Below are positions 36,068 through 45,736 of a stretch of 64,000 bases of DNA, piece by piece (position 1 is the first letter of the stretch; every line of letters starts with the position of its first letter). The stretch lies in assembly GCA_024402335.1 (NCBI GenBank), contig JAKSTZ010000001.1:23687-87686 (forward strand), read 5' to 3'. Source of the DNA: Bacteroidales bacterium (GTDB taxonomy: Bacteria; Bacteroidota; Bacteroidia; Bacteroidales; UBA1715). The position numbers were made by a program, and so were the translations under genes. Below the pieces are notes generated by a model. That model was not told where the DNA came from, did not search any database, and was given only the letters and a program-made list of their open reading frames with translations.

Positions 36068-37048
36068 TTATAATGCGAAATAATAATTTACGAATGCCAT
36101 ATAAGTATTGTCGGCACCATCGGCCTTAGGCATTGTCATACGGAAATTTGGAGCTATCTTCATATATTTTCCAAGTTTAAACTGAGCTCCTATCAACATT
36201 GCGGCTTCGTCTTTTACAATATTCCAATCGTCTTTTGAGGCTAATTGATCGTAGCGGACATACATTTCTGTGATTTTTCCTAATGCAACTTTGCCAAACA
36301 CAGAAACACCCGATTGGTTATTGCCGTCAATAAAGCCGGCGTTGTTATTCATACTATATTCTGCACCGACAGCAAAAACATCTGTTTTATAGCCAACAAA
36401 AACAGATGCATTTGTTGTATTCTTTAATGAATCTACGGTAGTTTCGTTTATTCCCCCATATAATCGAAGCGTAAGTCCTTTCACTGGAGTAAAAGTTGCA
36501 CCCAAGCCATATAATAATCCATCATTAATTTGGACTTTTTTATAGCCTTCACCATTTACTATAATAGCATCTGCCGAGAACCAATCAGTTACCGAATATG
36601 ATGCAGAAAGTCCTAAATCGGCACTGCTACCAAACTTATATTGATCTTGGAATGATTTATAGATGTAGCGATATCCCCAGAATTTCTCTTGTGTGTTAAA
36701 TTGTGTCGTACCAATCAAACCACCATTTACTGTAAGATGATTCTTTTTCCATGTAAACTGAGCATTTTTTATGTAAGCAAGTCTTTGGTAATCACCTACA
36801 GCACTTGACTTACCAATATCCATAACACTCTTAAATTCAAGATTTTCATTCATCTTATATTGATAGCCAACATAGCTTCGTTCCAACTCAAAACCTCTAT
36901 CGTCTTTTTTGTCGGAAAAACCTGAATGAAAATTTCCAAATGTTTGAATGATTGCCTTACCTTCCGGTTTTGTTTCTGTTTCTTGTGCAATAGAACCCAT
37001 GCACATGCAAGCCAATGCGCTCGCGAGAATGAATTGTTTTGTTTTCAT
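36068..37048 (-). CDS. outer-membrane porin (possibly phosphate-selective, OprO/P-like)
   Basis: 326 aa with a signal peptide. Alternating beta-strand pattern with an aromatic-rich C-terminus (AFVNYYFAL). Sits between phoR and pstS. Confidence 0.6.
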   Translation of the reverse strand: MKTKQFILASALACMCMGSIAQETETKPEGKAIIQTFGNFHSGFSDKKDDRGFELERSYVGYQYKMNENLEFKSVMDIGKSSAVGDYQRLAYIKNAQFTWKKNHLTVNGGLIGTTQFNTQEKFWGYRYIYKSFQDQYKFGSSADLGLSASYSVTDWFSADAIIVNGEGYKKVQINDGLLYGLGATFTPVKGLTLRLYGGINETTVDSLKNTTNASVFVGYKTDVFAVGAEYSMNNNAGFIDGNNQSGVSVFGKVALGKITEMYVRYDQLASKDDWNIVKDEAAMLIGAQFKLGKYMKIAPNFRMTMPKADGADNTYMAFVNYYFAL

Positions 37049-37090
37049 AACTGTATTATTTACTAATTTTTACATTGCAATAATACAGTT
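37049..37090 (-). promoter_or_regulatory. perfect 12-bp inverted repeat abutting the porin start codon
   Basis: aactgtattatt (37049-37060) and aataatacagtt (37079-37090) with an 18-nt spacer. On the minus-strand RNA the 3' arm ends at the nucleotide before the AUG (37048). Confidence 0.4.
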
Positions 37091-37129
37091 GCTACATTTC
37101 AAGAATATTACATCGAAACTACAGGTTTA

Positions 37130-38584
37130 TTAAGCTATTACTTTTTTCAAATTAAAAATGAATTCCAAGCCGCCACCAGGGACATTTCGGGCAGAAATCG
37201 TACCATGATGAAAAATGATTGCATTCTTTACTATAGCAAGACCAAGTCCCGTACCACCAAGTTTACGACTACGACCTTTATCTACACGATAAAACCGCTC
37301 AAACAGACGAGTTAGATGTTCTTCACCAACTCCGATGCCGTTATCTGCAAAGCTGAAGTAATAGAAATTCTCATCCTCTCCAGTGCAACGAATTGTAATA
37401 GTTGTACCCTCTCCTGCATACGCAATAGCATTGTCGGTTAAATTTCGAAAAACAGAATATATCGAAGAGGCATTTCCATTCAAAATCAATGAAGACGGAA
37501 GTAGATCAACAAAATGCATATTCTGTTTTTCTATTTCCAGCGCTGTTTCTTTTTGAATAGTTTGAACAACAGAAGCAATATCAACCGACTCCATTTCCAT
37601 CATTTGACTAGCTTCATCCAAACGAGTGAGGACTGAAATATCACGCAATAAATTTGTTAAACGATTACTTTGAGCCAAGCATCTTTGCAAAAATTGTCGT
37701 TTTGTTTCCTCATCCATAGTATCATTATCGAGAATTGTCTCCAAAAAACCCTGAATGCTACATACAGGTGTTTTTAATTCATGGGCAATGTTTTGCGTAA
37801 GCTGATGTTTCAAACGAGCTTGTTCTTCTTTTTCGGTGATTAAAGCCTCCTTGGTTGATTTCAAGTTCTTATATACATTCACCAAATGCTTTGAAATCTC
37901 GCCCAAGTCTTTATCAGGATATTCCGAGATTAAATCGGAATTATACTCCTCACCTTTCTCTGCCTTTTCCACAAAATCACGCAGTTGTTGTACATAAGCC
38001 GCCATTTTCTTCGAAAACAAGAATAGTATAAAAACTATCAATAGTGTCACGAGCAATGCAAAATACAAGAACAAACGGTCAGCCTGCAAAGCATCACTTA
38101 ACCCGTCATCATACGGAATTGAACTACGTATAACCATATGAGCCTGCTTAAAATAAGTTGCCGAATAAAAATAGTTTCGATCCAGCGTTTCCGAGATTCT
38201 ATTAATGGAAAAACCACTACCGTTTTGTAATGCTTGTTGTACCTCATCTCTATTTAAATGGTTTTCCATTTTCAAAAAAGCAGTATCTTGATTATCAAAC
38301 AAAACACGCCCATCATCGCGTATTACCGTTAATCGTAAAGCAGACAAATCATGACACGAAGCATACGTTTGAATTATCGAATTAAGTACATGAATATCAG
38401 CGACATCATTTATTTCACCATAGATCTCCTTATTGCAATCCTGTAAACGCACATTCATTAATTCTGCTTTGAACTCTCGTTCTCGAGAATATTGAAAAAA
38501 TATAAAGAAGCCTATAAATGTTAGTGTGACAAAAGCAACTGAAACAAAAAGCAGCCAGCGATATGATAATTTTTTCTCCATCAA
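37130..38584 (-). CDS. sensor histidine kinase (PhoR-like by context)
   Basis: 484 aa with two TM segments. H-box AHELKTPV, N-box DNAIAY, G-boxes DNGIGV and GTGLGLAIV. Confidence 0.85.
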   Translation of the reverse strand: MMEKKLSYRWLLFVSVAFVTLTFIGFFIFFQYSREREFKAELMNVRLQDCNKEIYGEINDVADIHVLNSIIQTYASCHDLSALRLTVIRDDGRVLFDNQDTAFLKMENHLNRDEVQQALQNGSGFSINRISETLDRNYFYSATYFKQAHMVIRSSIPYDDGLSDALQADRLFLYFALLVTLLIVFILFLFSKKMAAYVQQLRDFVEKAEKGEEYNSDLISEYPDKDLGEISKHLVNVYKNLKSTKEALITEKEEQARLKHQLTQNIAHELKTPVCSIQGFLETILDNDTMDEETKRQFLQRCLAQSNRLTNLLRDISVLTRLDEASQMMEMESVDIASVVQTIQKETALEIEKQNMHFVDLLPSSLILNGNASSIYSVFRNLTDNAIAYAGEGTTITIRCTGEDENFYYFSFADNGIGVGEEHLTRLFERFYRVDKGRSRKLGGTGLGLAIVKNAIIFHHGTISARNVPGGGLEFIFNLKKVIA

Positions 38585-39289
38585 CTATAATTTCTTTTCA
38601 AAACTGTAACCATAACCCAAACGCGTCGTGATGCATTTCCCATACGGTTCAATTTTCTTCCGTAAACGTGTAATATTCACATCTATAGTTCTATCAAGAA
38701 CGCATACTTCATCGGTCCACACGGCCTTGAGTATTTCTTCACGTGAAAAGACATATTTTGGTTTAGAGACAAGTAAACTCAATATTTCAAATTCCTTTTT
38801 AGTAAGTTCTATCTCTATATTATCAACAATAACCAATTTTTTGTTTAGGTCAATACTAAGAGTATTATAGCTTAATATTTGTTCATTCTCCGCTTTATTG
38901 CCCTGAAAAGTTCTTCGCAAAACTGCAGCAACACGCAATTGTACTTCTTTTATAGAGAACGGTTTAGATATATAATCATCGGCTCCTACAGACAAGCCCA
39001 TAATCACATCATTTTCTGTATCTTTTGCCGTAATGAATATTATAGGTTTCTGTGCTGTCGCAGGATTTTGTCTGATTTGTTTCCCAAACTTCAATCCCGA
39101 AATTTCACCCATCATTATATCCAATAAAAACAAATCATACTGCTCTAATTGCAACAACATGGCTTCTTCCGATGAATTTGCTGTATCAACTATATAACCT
39201 TCTAATTCAAGATTGAATTTGAGAATTTCACAAATATCAACCTCATCGTCAACCACCAACACACGTTTTTTTTCATCCATTAGTTCCAA
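38585..39289 (-). CDS. OmpR/PhoB-type response regulator
   Basis: 234 aa. Receiver domain (VLVVDDE, phospho-acceptor LFLLDIMM, K in ITAK) plus a winged-helix C-terminus (LTKKEFEILSLL...RLGYGYSF). Confidence 0.9.
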   Translation of the reverse strand: MELMDEKKRVLVVDDEVDICEILKFNLELEGYIVDTANSSEEAMLLQLEQYDLFLLDIMMGEISGLKFGKQIRQNPATAQKPIIFITAKDTENDVIMGLSVGADDYISKPFSIKEVQLRVAAVLRRTFQGNKAENEQILSYNTLSIDLNKKLVIVDNIEIELTKKEFEILSLLVSKPKYVFSREEILKAVWTDEVCVLDRTIDVNITRLRKKIEPYGKCITTRLGYGYSFEKKL

Positions 39290-39452
39290 ATTTTAAACCA
39301 GCATAAAAGTAAACTGCTAACATTTACCCATTGTAAAATTCATATTAAATTTCTGTTACATTTTTATTTACCAACAAGGCTTAACCTACTGTTACAAAAG
39401 AGATTTCTTTTCATTAATCATTCATGAATGGTCACGAATCAGCAAAATTTCG

Positions 39453-39460
39453 TATTTTTG
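39453..39460 (+). promoter_or_regulatory. TAnnTTTG promoter motif for parE
   Basis: TAttTTTG, 20 nt upstream of ATG 39481. Supports the shorter start. Confidence 0.45.
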
Positions 39461-39480
39461 CTTCAATACCTTTTTGTACT

Positions 39481-41349
39481 ATGGCAGAAGTAAATTACAC
39501 AGAAGACAACATTAGAACCCTCGAAGGCGTTGAACACATCCGTCTTCGTCCAGGAATGTACATCGGTAAATTAGGCGATGGCTCACATTCCGATGATGGT
39601 ATTTACGTACTCATCAAAGAAGTTATAGACAACTCTATTGATGAATTCCGTATGAATGCGGGCAAAACAATAGATGTAAAGGTAAAAGACGGAAAGGTAC
39701 AAGTCCGTGACTTTGGACGTGGTATTCCATTGGGAAAGATTGTTGACTGTGTTTCTATTCTTAATACTGGCGGTAAATACGATTCCGAAGCATTCCAAAA
39801 ATCTGTCGGTCTTAACGGTGTTGGTACCAAAGCGGTAAACGCGCTTTCATGGAAATTTTCTGCCCAATCGTTCCGTGACGGCAAAACTCGCCGCATTGAG
39901 TTCAAACAAGGAAAACTTATTTCCGACACCGACGTTATCGATGCCGACGCTTCTGCACAAAATGGTACACTAATAGAATTCGAGCCAGATTACAGCAAAG
40001 GACTTTTTGAAAATTACGCATTCCGTGAAGACATTATCGAGACTATGATGCGTAACTATTCGTACCTAAACACGGGGCTTACTATTCATTACAACGGTAA
40101 GAAGTTTAACTCAAAGAATGGTCTTCTTGACTTATTGAGTGAAAATTTGCAAAAAGATCAAATTGATCCGTTATATCCTATCATTCACATTAAAGGCCAC
40201 GATATTGAAATTGCACTCACGCATACGGAACAAAATGGAGAAGATTATTATTCGTTTGTAAACGGACAATACACTATCCAAGGCGGTACACACCAAGCAG
40301 CATATCGTGAAGCTTTGGGAAAGACCATCAAAGAATTCTTCAACAAAAACCAAGAGCTTGCCGACATACGCAACGGTATTGTAGGTGCAATCGCCATAAA
40401 CGTACAAGAACCGGTATTTGAAAGTCAAACAAAGGTAAAACTTGGTTCACGTGAAATGGCACCCGAGAAAGATGGCGTGGTAAGCATTTCTGTGAATAAG
40501 TTTGTGAACGATTTTGTTAAACAAGAACTTGACAATTTCCTACATAAACATCCAGAAGTTGTGGATGTAATGTCGAAGAAAATCCAAGATTCTGAAAAAG
40601 AACGTAAGGCTATTGATGTCGTTCGCAACAAAACACTAACGAAACGAGCAAGCTTAAACAACCCTAAACTTCGCGACTGTCGTGTACATTACAATACAAA
40701 TCACGAGCAACGTGAAGAATCCAGTATATTTATTACCGAAGGTAATTCTGCCAGTGGTTCTATTACAAAGTCGAGAAACGCAGCCACACAAGCTGTATTC
40801 AGTCTTCGTGGTAAACCGCAAAATGCTTTTCAATCAAATCCAAAACGAATCTACGAAAACGAAGAACTTAGCCTTTTGCACTCAGCACTTAACGTAGATG
40901 AATCATTGGAAAATCTTCGTTATAATAAAGTCATTATCGCTACCGATGCCGATGTCGACGGAATGCACATCCGTATGCTTTTGGTAACATATTTTCTATT
41001 GTATTGTCCGGACTTAATTCGCGAAGGACATGTATATATATTACAGACGCCATTATTCCGCGTGCGAAACAAAAAGGTAACCAAATACTGCTACAGCGAC
41101 GAAGAAAGAATTGCTGCACTCAATTCTATTTCCGATCCTGAAATAACTCGATTCAAAGGTCTTGGAGAAATTTCCCCAGATGAGTTTACAGTATTTATCG
41201 GTAAAGATATTCGTTTAGAGCCTGTTACATTAGGTCAAGACACGCACGATGTAAAGAAAATGTTGGAATTCTATATGGGAAACAACACCCAAGATCGTCA
41301 GGATTTTGTTATAGAAAACCTTCGTATCGAAAGCGAAGATTTACATTAA
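39481..41349 (+). CDS. parE: type IIA topoisomerase subunit B, topoisomerase IV ParE-like
   Basis: ORF-track 39424 trimmed to ATG 39481, 21 nt after TAttTTTG at 39453-39460. GHKL motifs EVIDNSIDE and [13 protein letters not shown]; Toprim motifs EGNSASGS and DADVDGMHI. Its 622 aa fits ParE rather than GyrB. Confidence 0.82.
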   Translation: MAEVNYTEDNIRTLEGVEHIRLRPGMYIGKLGDGSHSDDGIYVLIKEVIDNSIDEFRMNAGKTIDVKVKDGKVQVRDFGRGIPLGKIVDCVSILNTGGKYDSEAFQKSVGLNGVGTKAVNALSWKFSAQSFRDGKTRRIEFKQGKLISDTDVIDADASAQNGTLIEFEPDYSKGLFENYAFREDIIETMMRNYSYLNTGLTIHYNGKKFNSKNGLLDLLSENLQKDQIDPLYPIIHIKGHDIEIALTHTEQNGEDYYSFVNGQYTIQGGTHQAAYREALGKTIKEFFNKNQELADIRNGIVGAIAINVQEPVFESQTKVKLGSREMAPEKDGVVSISVNKFVNDFVKQELDNFLHKHPEVVDVMSKKIQDSEKERKAIDVVRNKTLTKRASLNNPKLRDCRVHYNTNHEQREESSIFITEGNSASGSITKSRNAATQAVFSLRGKPQNAFQSNPKRIYENEELSLLHSALNVDESLENLRYNKVIIATDADVDGMHIRMLLVTYFLLYCPDLIREGHVYILQTPLFRVRNKKVTKYCYSDEERIAALNSISDPEITRFKGLGEISPDEFTVFIGKDIRLEPVTLGQDTHDVKKMLEFYMGNNTQDRQDFVIENLRIESEDLH

Positions 41350-42450
41350 TTGAGAATAAACAGACAATAGCTTTTGTTCCTCGTTTTCCCAACACAACTC
41401 AACTGAAGCAATTCTACTATTAGATTGATAGAGTTCTAACTTTGATTCACAACAAAGCAACTCATTCAGTTGATCTGCAAGAGATTGCGCTGTTCTTTCT
41501 TGCAGAATTTCACCACAAGAATAGCGAGAAACGATAGACTTCATCTCTGGTAAATCCGAAACAAGCACTGGTATTCCTGCCTGAATATAGTCAAACAGTT
41601 TATTTGGCAAACAATAATGATAACTTGCACCAAGGTCTTCCTCTAACGAGACACCAATAGTTGCCATTTGCGTATATGCAGGCAGAATATCGTACGGAAT
41701 TCTCCCCAAGAACATCACTTTTTCACGTAAATTCAATTGATCAACCATAGCTTCTAATTGAGTACGAATATCACCGTCGCCAACAATAAGCAGACAAGCA
41801 TCCACAGAAGCAAACGTTTCTATCAGCAATTCCAAACCACGACCGACATTCAATACCCCTTGATACAAAACCACTTTAGAATGTGGCAAATCCAATTGTT
41901 TTCTCTCGCAATTAACATCTCGATATGGAACATTTCTTACAACAGAAACCGGGACTTCATATTTAGCCTCATACTCCTTTGCAATCGAATCACAAACAGT
42001 CATAACCGAATGCAATTTCGGGAAAATACGTTTTTCCATTGCAAGCCACATATTTCGTACCCTTGACCGATTTTGCAATTCTGGAACTTCAGTAAAATAT
42101 TCATGACTATCGTACACAAGCTGTTTTCCCCGTAACTTTACAGCACAAAAAACACCTAACAGCGTATCCAAATCATTAGCCGTAGCTATATCGAATCGCC
42201 TAAATATCAGATACAGAAAAAAACGGATATTCATTTCCGCATAAAACAACGGACCTTTCGTAAACAAAAACCGTAATCGTTTTTGAACATAGCATTGCCT
42301 CGAAAGCGGCATACTATTTTTCAATTTTCTACCAACAACCTCAACATCGCAACCATTATTTGAAAGCGAAGTAGCCACCTTATGCACACGATTATCGCAC
42401 GACAAATCGTTGCTCACAAAAAGTATTATTCGTTTTCGAATGGGAGTCAT
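41341..42450 (-). CDS. glycosyltransferase family 4 (GT-B)
   Basis: ORF-track 41341..42666 trimmed to ATG 42450 ([24 protein letters not shown], typical GT4 opening). C-terminal sugar-donor motif [19 protein letters not shown]. The upstream extension overlaps murB and looks non-coding. Confidence 0.72.
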   Translation of the reverse strand: MTPIRKRIILFVSNDLSCDNRVHKVATSLSNNGCDVEVVGRKLKNSMPLSRQCYVQKRLRFLFTKGPLFYAEMNIRFFLYLIFRRFDIATANDLDTLLGVFCAVKLRGKQLVYDSHEYFTEVPELQNRSRVRNMWLAMEKRIFPKLHSVMTVCDSIAKEYEAKYEVPVSVVRNVPYRDVNCERKQLDLPHSKVVLYQGVLNVGRGLELLIETFASVDACLLIVGDGDIRTQLEAMVDQLNLREKVMFLGRIPYDILPAYTQMATIGVSLEEDLGASYHYCLPNKLFDYIQAGIPVLVSDLPEMKSIVSRYSCGEILQERTAQSLADQLNELLCCESKLELYQSNSRIASVELCWENEEQKLLSVYSQLM

Positions 42451-42461
42451 AAAGAAAATTG

Positions 42462-42469
42462 TAATTTTG
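42462..42469 (+). promoter_or_regulatory. TAnnTTTG promoter motif for murB
   Basis: TAatTTTG, 18 nt upstream of ATG 42488, inside the 37-bp spacer shared with the divergent GT4 gene. Confidence 0.45.
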
Positions 42470-42487
42470 AATAAAAATAATGAAACA

Positions 42488-43492
42488 ATGCGAAACGGCA
42501 AATTCTCATTACAAAAATACAATACTTTCGGCATAGATGCTTGTGCAGACACCTTCTTCTCGTACAATAATATTGACGATTTGATTTCGTTTCTACAAAA
42601 TGATTTCGATAAGGAGAAACCATTCTTCATACTTGGTGGCGGAAGCAATGTGTTATTTACCAGCAACTACCAAGGAACGATTATACATCCTGAAACAAAA
42701 GGTATTACAATTACTCAAGAAGATGACAATGATGTATTTGTCGCCGTTGCTGCTGGAGAGATCTGGGATGATTTCGTACAATGGGCGGTAGATAATAATC
42801 TACACGGCGTAGAGAATCTTTCCTATATTCCCGGTTGCGTTGGAGCAAGTCCCGTACAAAATATTGGTGCATACGGTAGCGAAGCAAAAGATGCCATTCA
42901 CGAAGTTCATTGCATTTCTATTGCCGATCAAACAAGAAAGATTTTCTCGAAAGAAGATTGCAAGTTCGGTTATCGCGACAGTATTTTCAAACACGAATGT
43001 GCAAATAAGTATATTGTAGAAACTGTTGTCTTTAAATTGCAAAAAGACGCTCCGTTTAATCTTTCATACGGAAGCTTAAACACTATGATAGACGAAAAAA
43101 CCGCAACCTTACAAAAAGTACGGGAAACTATCATTCAAATCAGGAAGGAGAAACTGCCAGATCCAAAAGAAATTGGTAGTGCTGGTAGTTTTTTCAAAAA
43201 TCCTATTATTCCGGAGATGCAAGCAAACACATTACGTGAGAAATTTCCTAAAATGGTAACATATCCTGCACCAAACAATAACATTAAAGTTGCTGCAGGT
43301 TGGCTTATTGATTCACTTGGTTTTAAGGGATTCTCTATTGGTGGAGCAAAGGTACACGAAAAACAAGCTTTAGTTTTAACAAATGCCGGAAACGCAACTG
43401 GCAACGATGTAGTTGCATTGGCACAACATATACAAAAAGAGGTAAAACAAACCTATAACATCCAGATTGAACCCGAAGTCATTTTCCTTTAA
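42488..43492 (+). CDS. murB: UDP-N-acetylenolpyruvoylglucosamine reductase
   Basis: ORF-track 42410 trimmed to ATG 42488, with TAatTTTG at 42462-42469. Motifs NTFGIDA, LGGGSNVLF and GSAGSFFKNP. Confidence 0.92.
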   Translation: MRNGKFSLQKYNTFGIDACADTFFSYNNIDDLISFLQNDFDKEKPFFILGGGSNVLFTSNYQGTIIHPETKGITITQEDDNDVFVAVAAGEIWDDFVQWAVDNNLHGVENLSYIPGCVGASPVQNIGAYGSEAKDAIHEVHCISIADQTRKIFSKEDCKFGYRDSIFKHECANKYIVETVVFKLQKDAPFNLSYGSLNTMIDEKTATLQKVRETIIQIRKEKLPDPKEIGSAGSFFKNPIIPEMQANTLREKFPKMVTYPAPNNNIKVAAGWLIDSLGFKGFSIGGAKVHEKQALVLTNAGNATGNDVVALAQHIQKEVKQTYNIQIEPEVIFL

Positions 43493-43504
43493 ACACAGGA
43501 AAAG

Positions 43505-44464
43505 ATGAAAAACATAATACAATTCATCATACGTTTTTTTAAAGATTGGACATTACCAATCTCAATGATAATAGGAATCCTATCCTACTTCATTTATCGA
43601 AGTTTTGGCTTCTCCGATGAAGTTCGAGCCATCACAAACAGTGCGGTCGGTATAATACAACCGGTTCTATTATTTTTCATGTTGTTCCTTTCGTTTTGCA
43701 AAATTGACCCAAGCAAAATCCGCATGAAGACATGGCATATTATTTTAGGAGCAATACAACTATTCAGTTTCATTGGCTTAGCTCTAATTACCTGTTGTAG
43801 CGACAACGTAACAACACAAATCATTTTAGAATGTGCCATGTGCTGTATGATTTGTCCAACAGCAACTGCTGCAATTGTGATTGTGGATAAATTAGGAGGG
43901 AACAAACTTACACTAGTTACATATACAATCACATCAAATACTATTGCATCTATTATTATTCCACTTATCGTTCCTATAGTAAATCCAGGAATCGGCATGT
44001 CGTTTATACATTCATTCCTAATCATTATAAAACAAGTTTTCCCATTGCTTGTTTTTCCTTTCTTTTTAGCTTGGGGCGTACGAGTTTTTACCCCTAAACT
44101 ACTTGATAAATTATTACAAGTGAAAGATTTAGCATTTTATCTCTGGGTCGTTTCGCTTGCCTTAGCACTGGCTGTAACGACAAAAGCCATTGTACATAGC
44201 GATGTTTCACTTGCATGTATGTGCAGTATTGCAATCGTAACATTATTTTGTTGCCTTCTACAATTCTTTTTAGGAAAGAAAATCGGCAATCAATACGACG
44301 ACAAAATCAGCGGCGGACAAGCTCTTGGACAGAAAAGCACTGTATTTATGATATGGATGGGAGCAACATTCTTAAACCCTGTAACGGCTGTTGCCGGTGG
44401 TTTTTACAGTGTTTGGCACAATATGGTTAACTCCATACAATTGTATAAAAAAAGACACTCTTAG
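43505..44464 (+). CDS. membrane transporter, bile acid:sodium symporter (BASS)-like
   Basis: 319 aa with ~9-10 TM segments. CPTATAAIVIVDKLGGNKLTLV resembles the BASS signature (CPGGtaSnv...GdvaLSV). Confidence 0.5.
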   Translation: MKNIIQFIIRFFKDWTLPISMIIGILSYFIYRSFGFSDEVRAITNSAVGIIQPVLLFFMLFLSFCKIDPSKIRMKTWHIILGAIQLFSFIGLALITCCSDNVTTQIILECAMCCMICPTATAAIVIVDKLGGNKLTLVTYTITSNTIASIIIPLIVPIVNPGIGMSFIHSFLIIIKQVFPLLVFPFFLAWGVRVFTPKLLDKLLQVKDLAFYLWVVSLALALAVTTKAIVHSDVSLACMCSIAIVTLFCCLLQFFLGKKIGNQYDDKISGGQALGQKSTVFMIWMGATFLNPVTAVAGGFYSVWHNMVNSIQLYKKRHS

Positions 44465-44466
44465 AT

Positions 44467-44958
44467 TTATAATCCTAAAATCTGCTTACAGTAGGGAACA
44501 ATATTCTCGTTTTTTTCTATTTTAATTCCCTTTATTCCCGCTCGCTCCGCAGCTTCTATATCACGACTACCATCGCCTATAAGGAATGACTGTGACTTAT
44601 CTATATTATATTTCTCTACAGCTTTGTCTATCATCAACGTTCCTGGTTTTCGACATTCACAGGGACCTGTAATACTTGGATAATGCGGACAATAATAAAC
44701 TTCTGCTATTTCTATACCTTCCTTGCGTAACCCTTCACACATATACGCATGAAGCACTTCTACATCATGTTCGGTATATTCACCTTTAGCTACACCACCT
44801 TGATTCGTTACAACTATGAAAATAAATCCTGCATCACGTAACATACGCAAGCCTTCAAACAGACCATCATTAAAACGAAAATCCTCTATCTTATAAGTGT
44901 AATACAATGTACCATCATTAATTACACCATCTCTATCTAAAAATATTGCTTTTGTCAT
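44467..44958 (-). CDS. gmhB: D,D-heptose 1,7-bisphosphate phosphatase (HAD-IIIA)
   Basis: 163 aa. Motifs FLDRDGVIN and VVTNQGGVA, a Zn-loop CPHYPSITGPCECRKP, and the C-terminal GDGSRD. Confidence 0.85.
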   Translation of the reverse strand: MTKAIFLDRDGVINDGTLYYTYKIEDFRFNDGLFEGLRMLRDAGFIFIVVTNQGGVAKGEYTEHDVEVLHAYMCEGLRKEGIEIAEVYYCPHYPSITGPCECRKPGTLMIDKAVEKYNIDKSQSFLIGDGSRDIEAAERAGIKGIKIEKNENIVPYCKQILGL

Positions 44959-44959
44959 A

Positions 44960-45736
44960 CTAACAATCTATTTGTAAGCCATCGTAACCAAGATGCACAT
45001 TTTCAGGAAATGTATTGTAAACATCCTTATACAAACCAATGTCGTGACTCATGTGAGTGAAATATGCTTGTTTCGGTTTTAATTTTTCGACTATCTCCAA
45101 CGACTGACTTACACAAAAATGAGAATAATGCGGTTTATATCGTAAAGTATTGACTACTAACACTTCTACACCTTCCAATAATTGCATAGTTTCATCAGGA
45201 ATACACGAAGCATCTGTTATGTACGCAAACTGGCCGATACGAAAACCATAAATTGGCAATTCCATGTGAAGCACACGTAACGGTTGAATTGTGATGCCAT
45301 TAAACTCAAAAGGTTCGTCTGTAATTTCATGGAGATCCATCATAGGAACACCCGGATATTTATGTTCAACGAACACATAGCTAAACTCTTTACGAATGAC
45401 ATCTGCGACACGATGTTCTGCATAAATCGGCATAGCCGTGAAATTCATGAAATTAAACGGACGAATATCGTCAAGACCGGCCAAATGGTCCTTATGTTCA
45501 TGAGTGACAAGCACTGCGTCAAGTTTCGTTATTTTATTTGTAAGCATTTGTTGACGGAAATCCGGACCCGTATCAATCACAAAATTCACACCATCCACAT
45601 TCAAATAGAACGCTGTACGAAGTCGTTGATCCCGAAGATCAGACGATGTACAAACGGCACAATTACAACCAATTACTGGGATACCTTGTGAGGTACCTGT
45701 CCCCAAAAATATGCCATGAATATTATATCGTTTCAT
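44960..45736 (-). CDS. MBL-fold metallo-hydrolase (PhnP/GPMBL-like)
   Basis: ORF-track start 45772 trimmed to ATG 45736 (MKRYNIHGIFLGTGTSQGIP). HxHxDH motif as THEHKDH. Overlaps the upstream HD gene stop by 14 nt. Confidence 0.8.
   Translation of the reverse strand: MKRYNIHGIFLGTGTSQGIPVIGCNCAVCTSSDLRDQRLRTAFYLNVDGVNFVIDTGPDFRQQMLTNKITKLDAVLVTHEHKDHLAGLDDIRPFNFMNFTAMPIYAEHRVADVIRKEFSYVFVEHKYPGVPMMDLHEITDEPFEFNGITIQPLRVLHMELPIYGFRIGQFAYITDASCIPDETMQLLEGVEVLVVNTLRYKPHYSHFCVSQSLEIVEKLKPKQAYFTHMSHDIGLYKDVYNTFPENVHLGYDGLQIDC

Noticed and set aside
43594-44025. 143-aa minus-strand ORF (and 45284..45691 plus-strand, 32015..32404 minus-strand)
   Set aside because: These are antisense shadow frames of the BASS-like transporter, the MBL hydrolase and the TauE-like gene respectively. 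No independent support exists.
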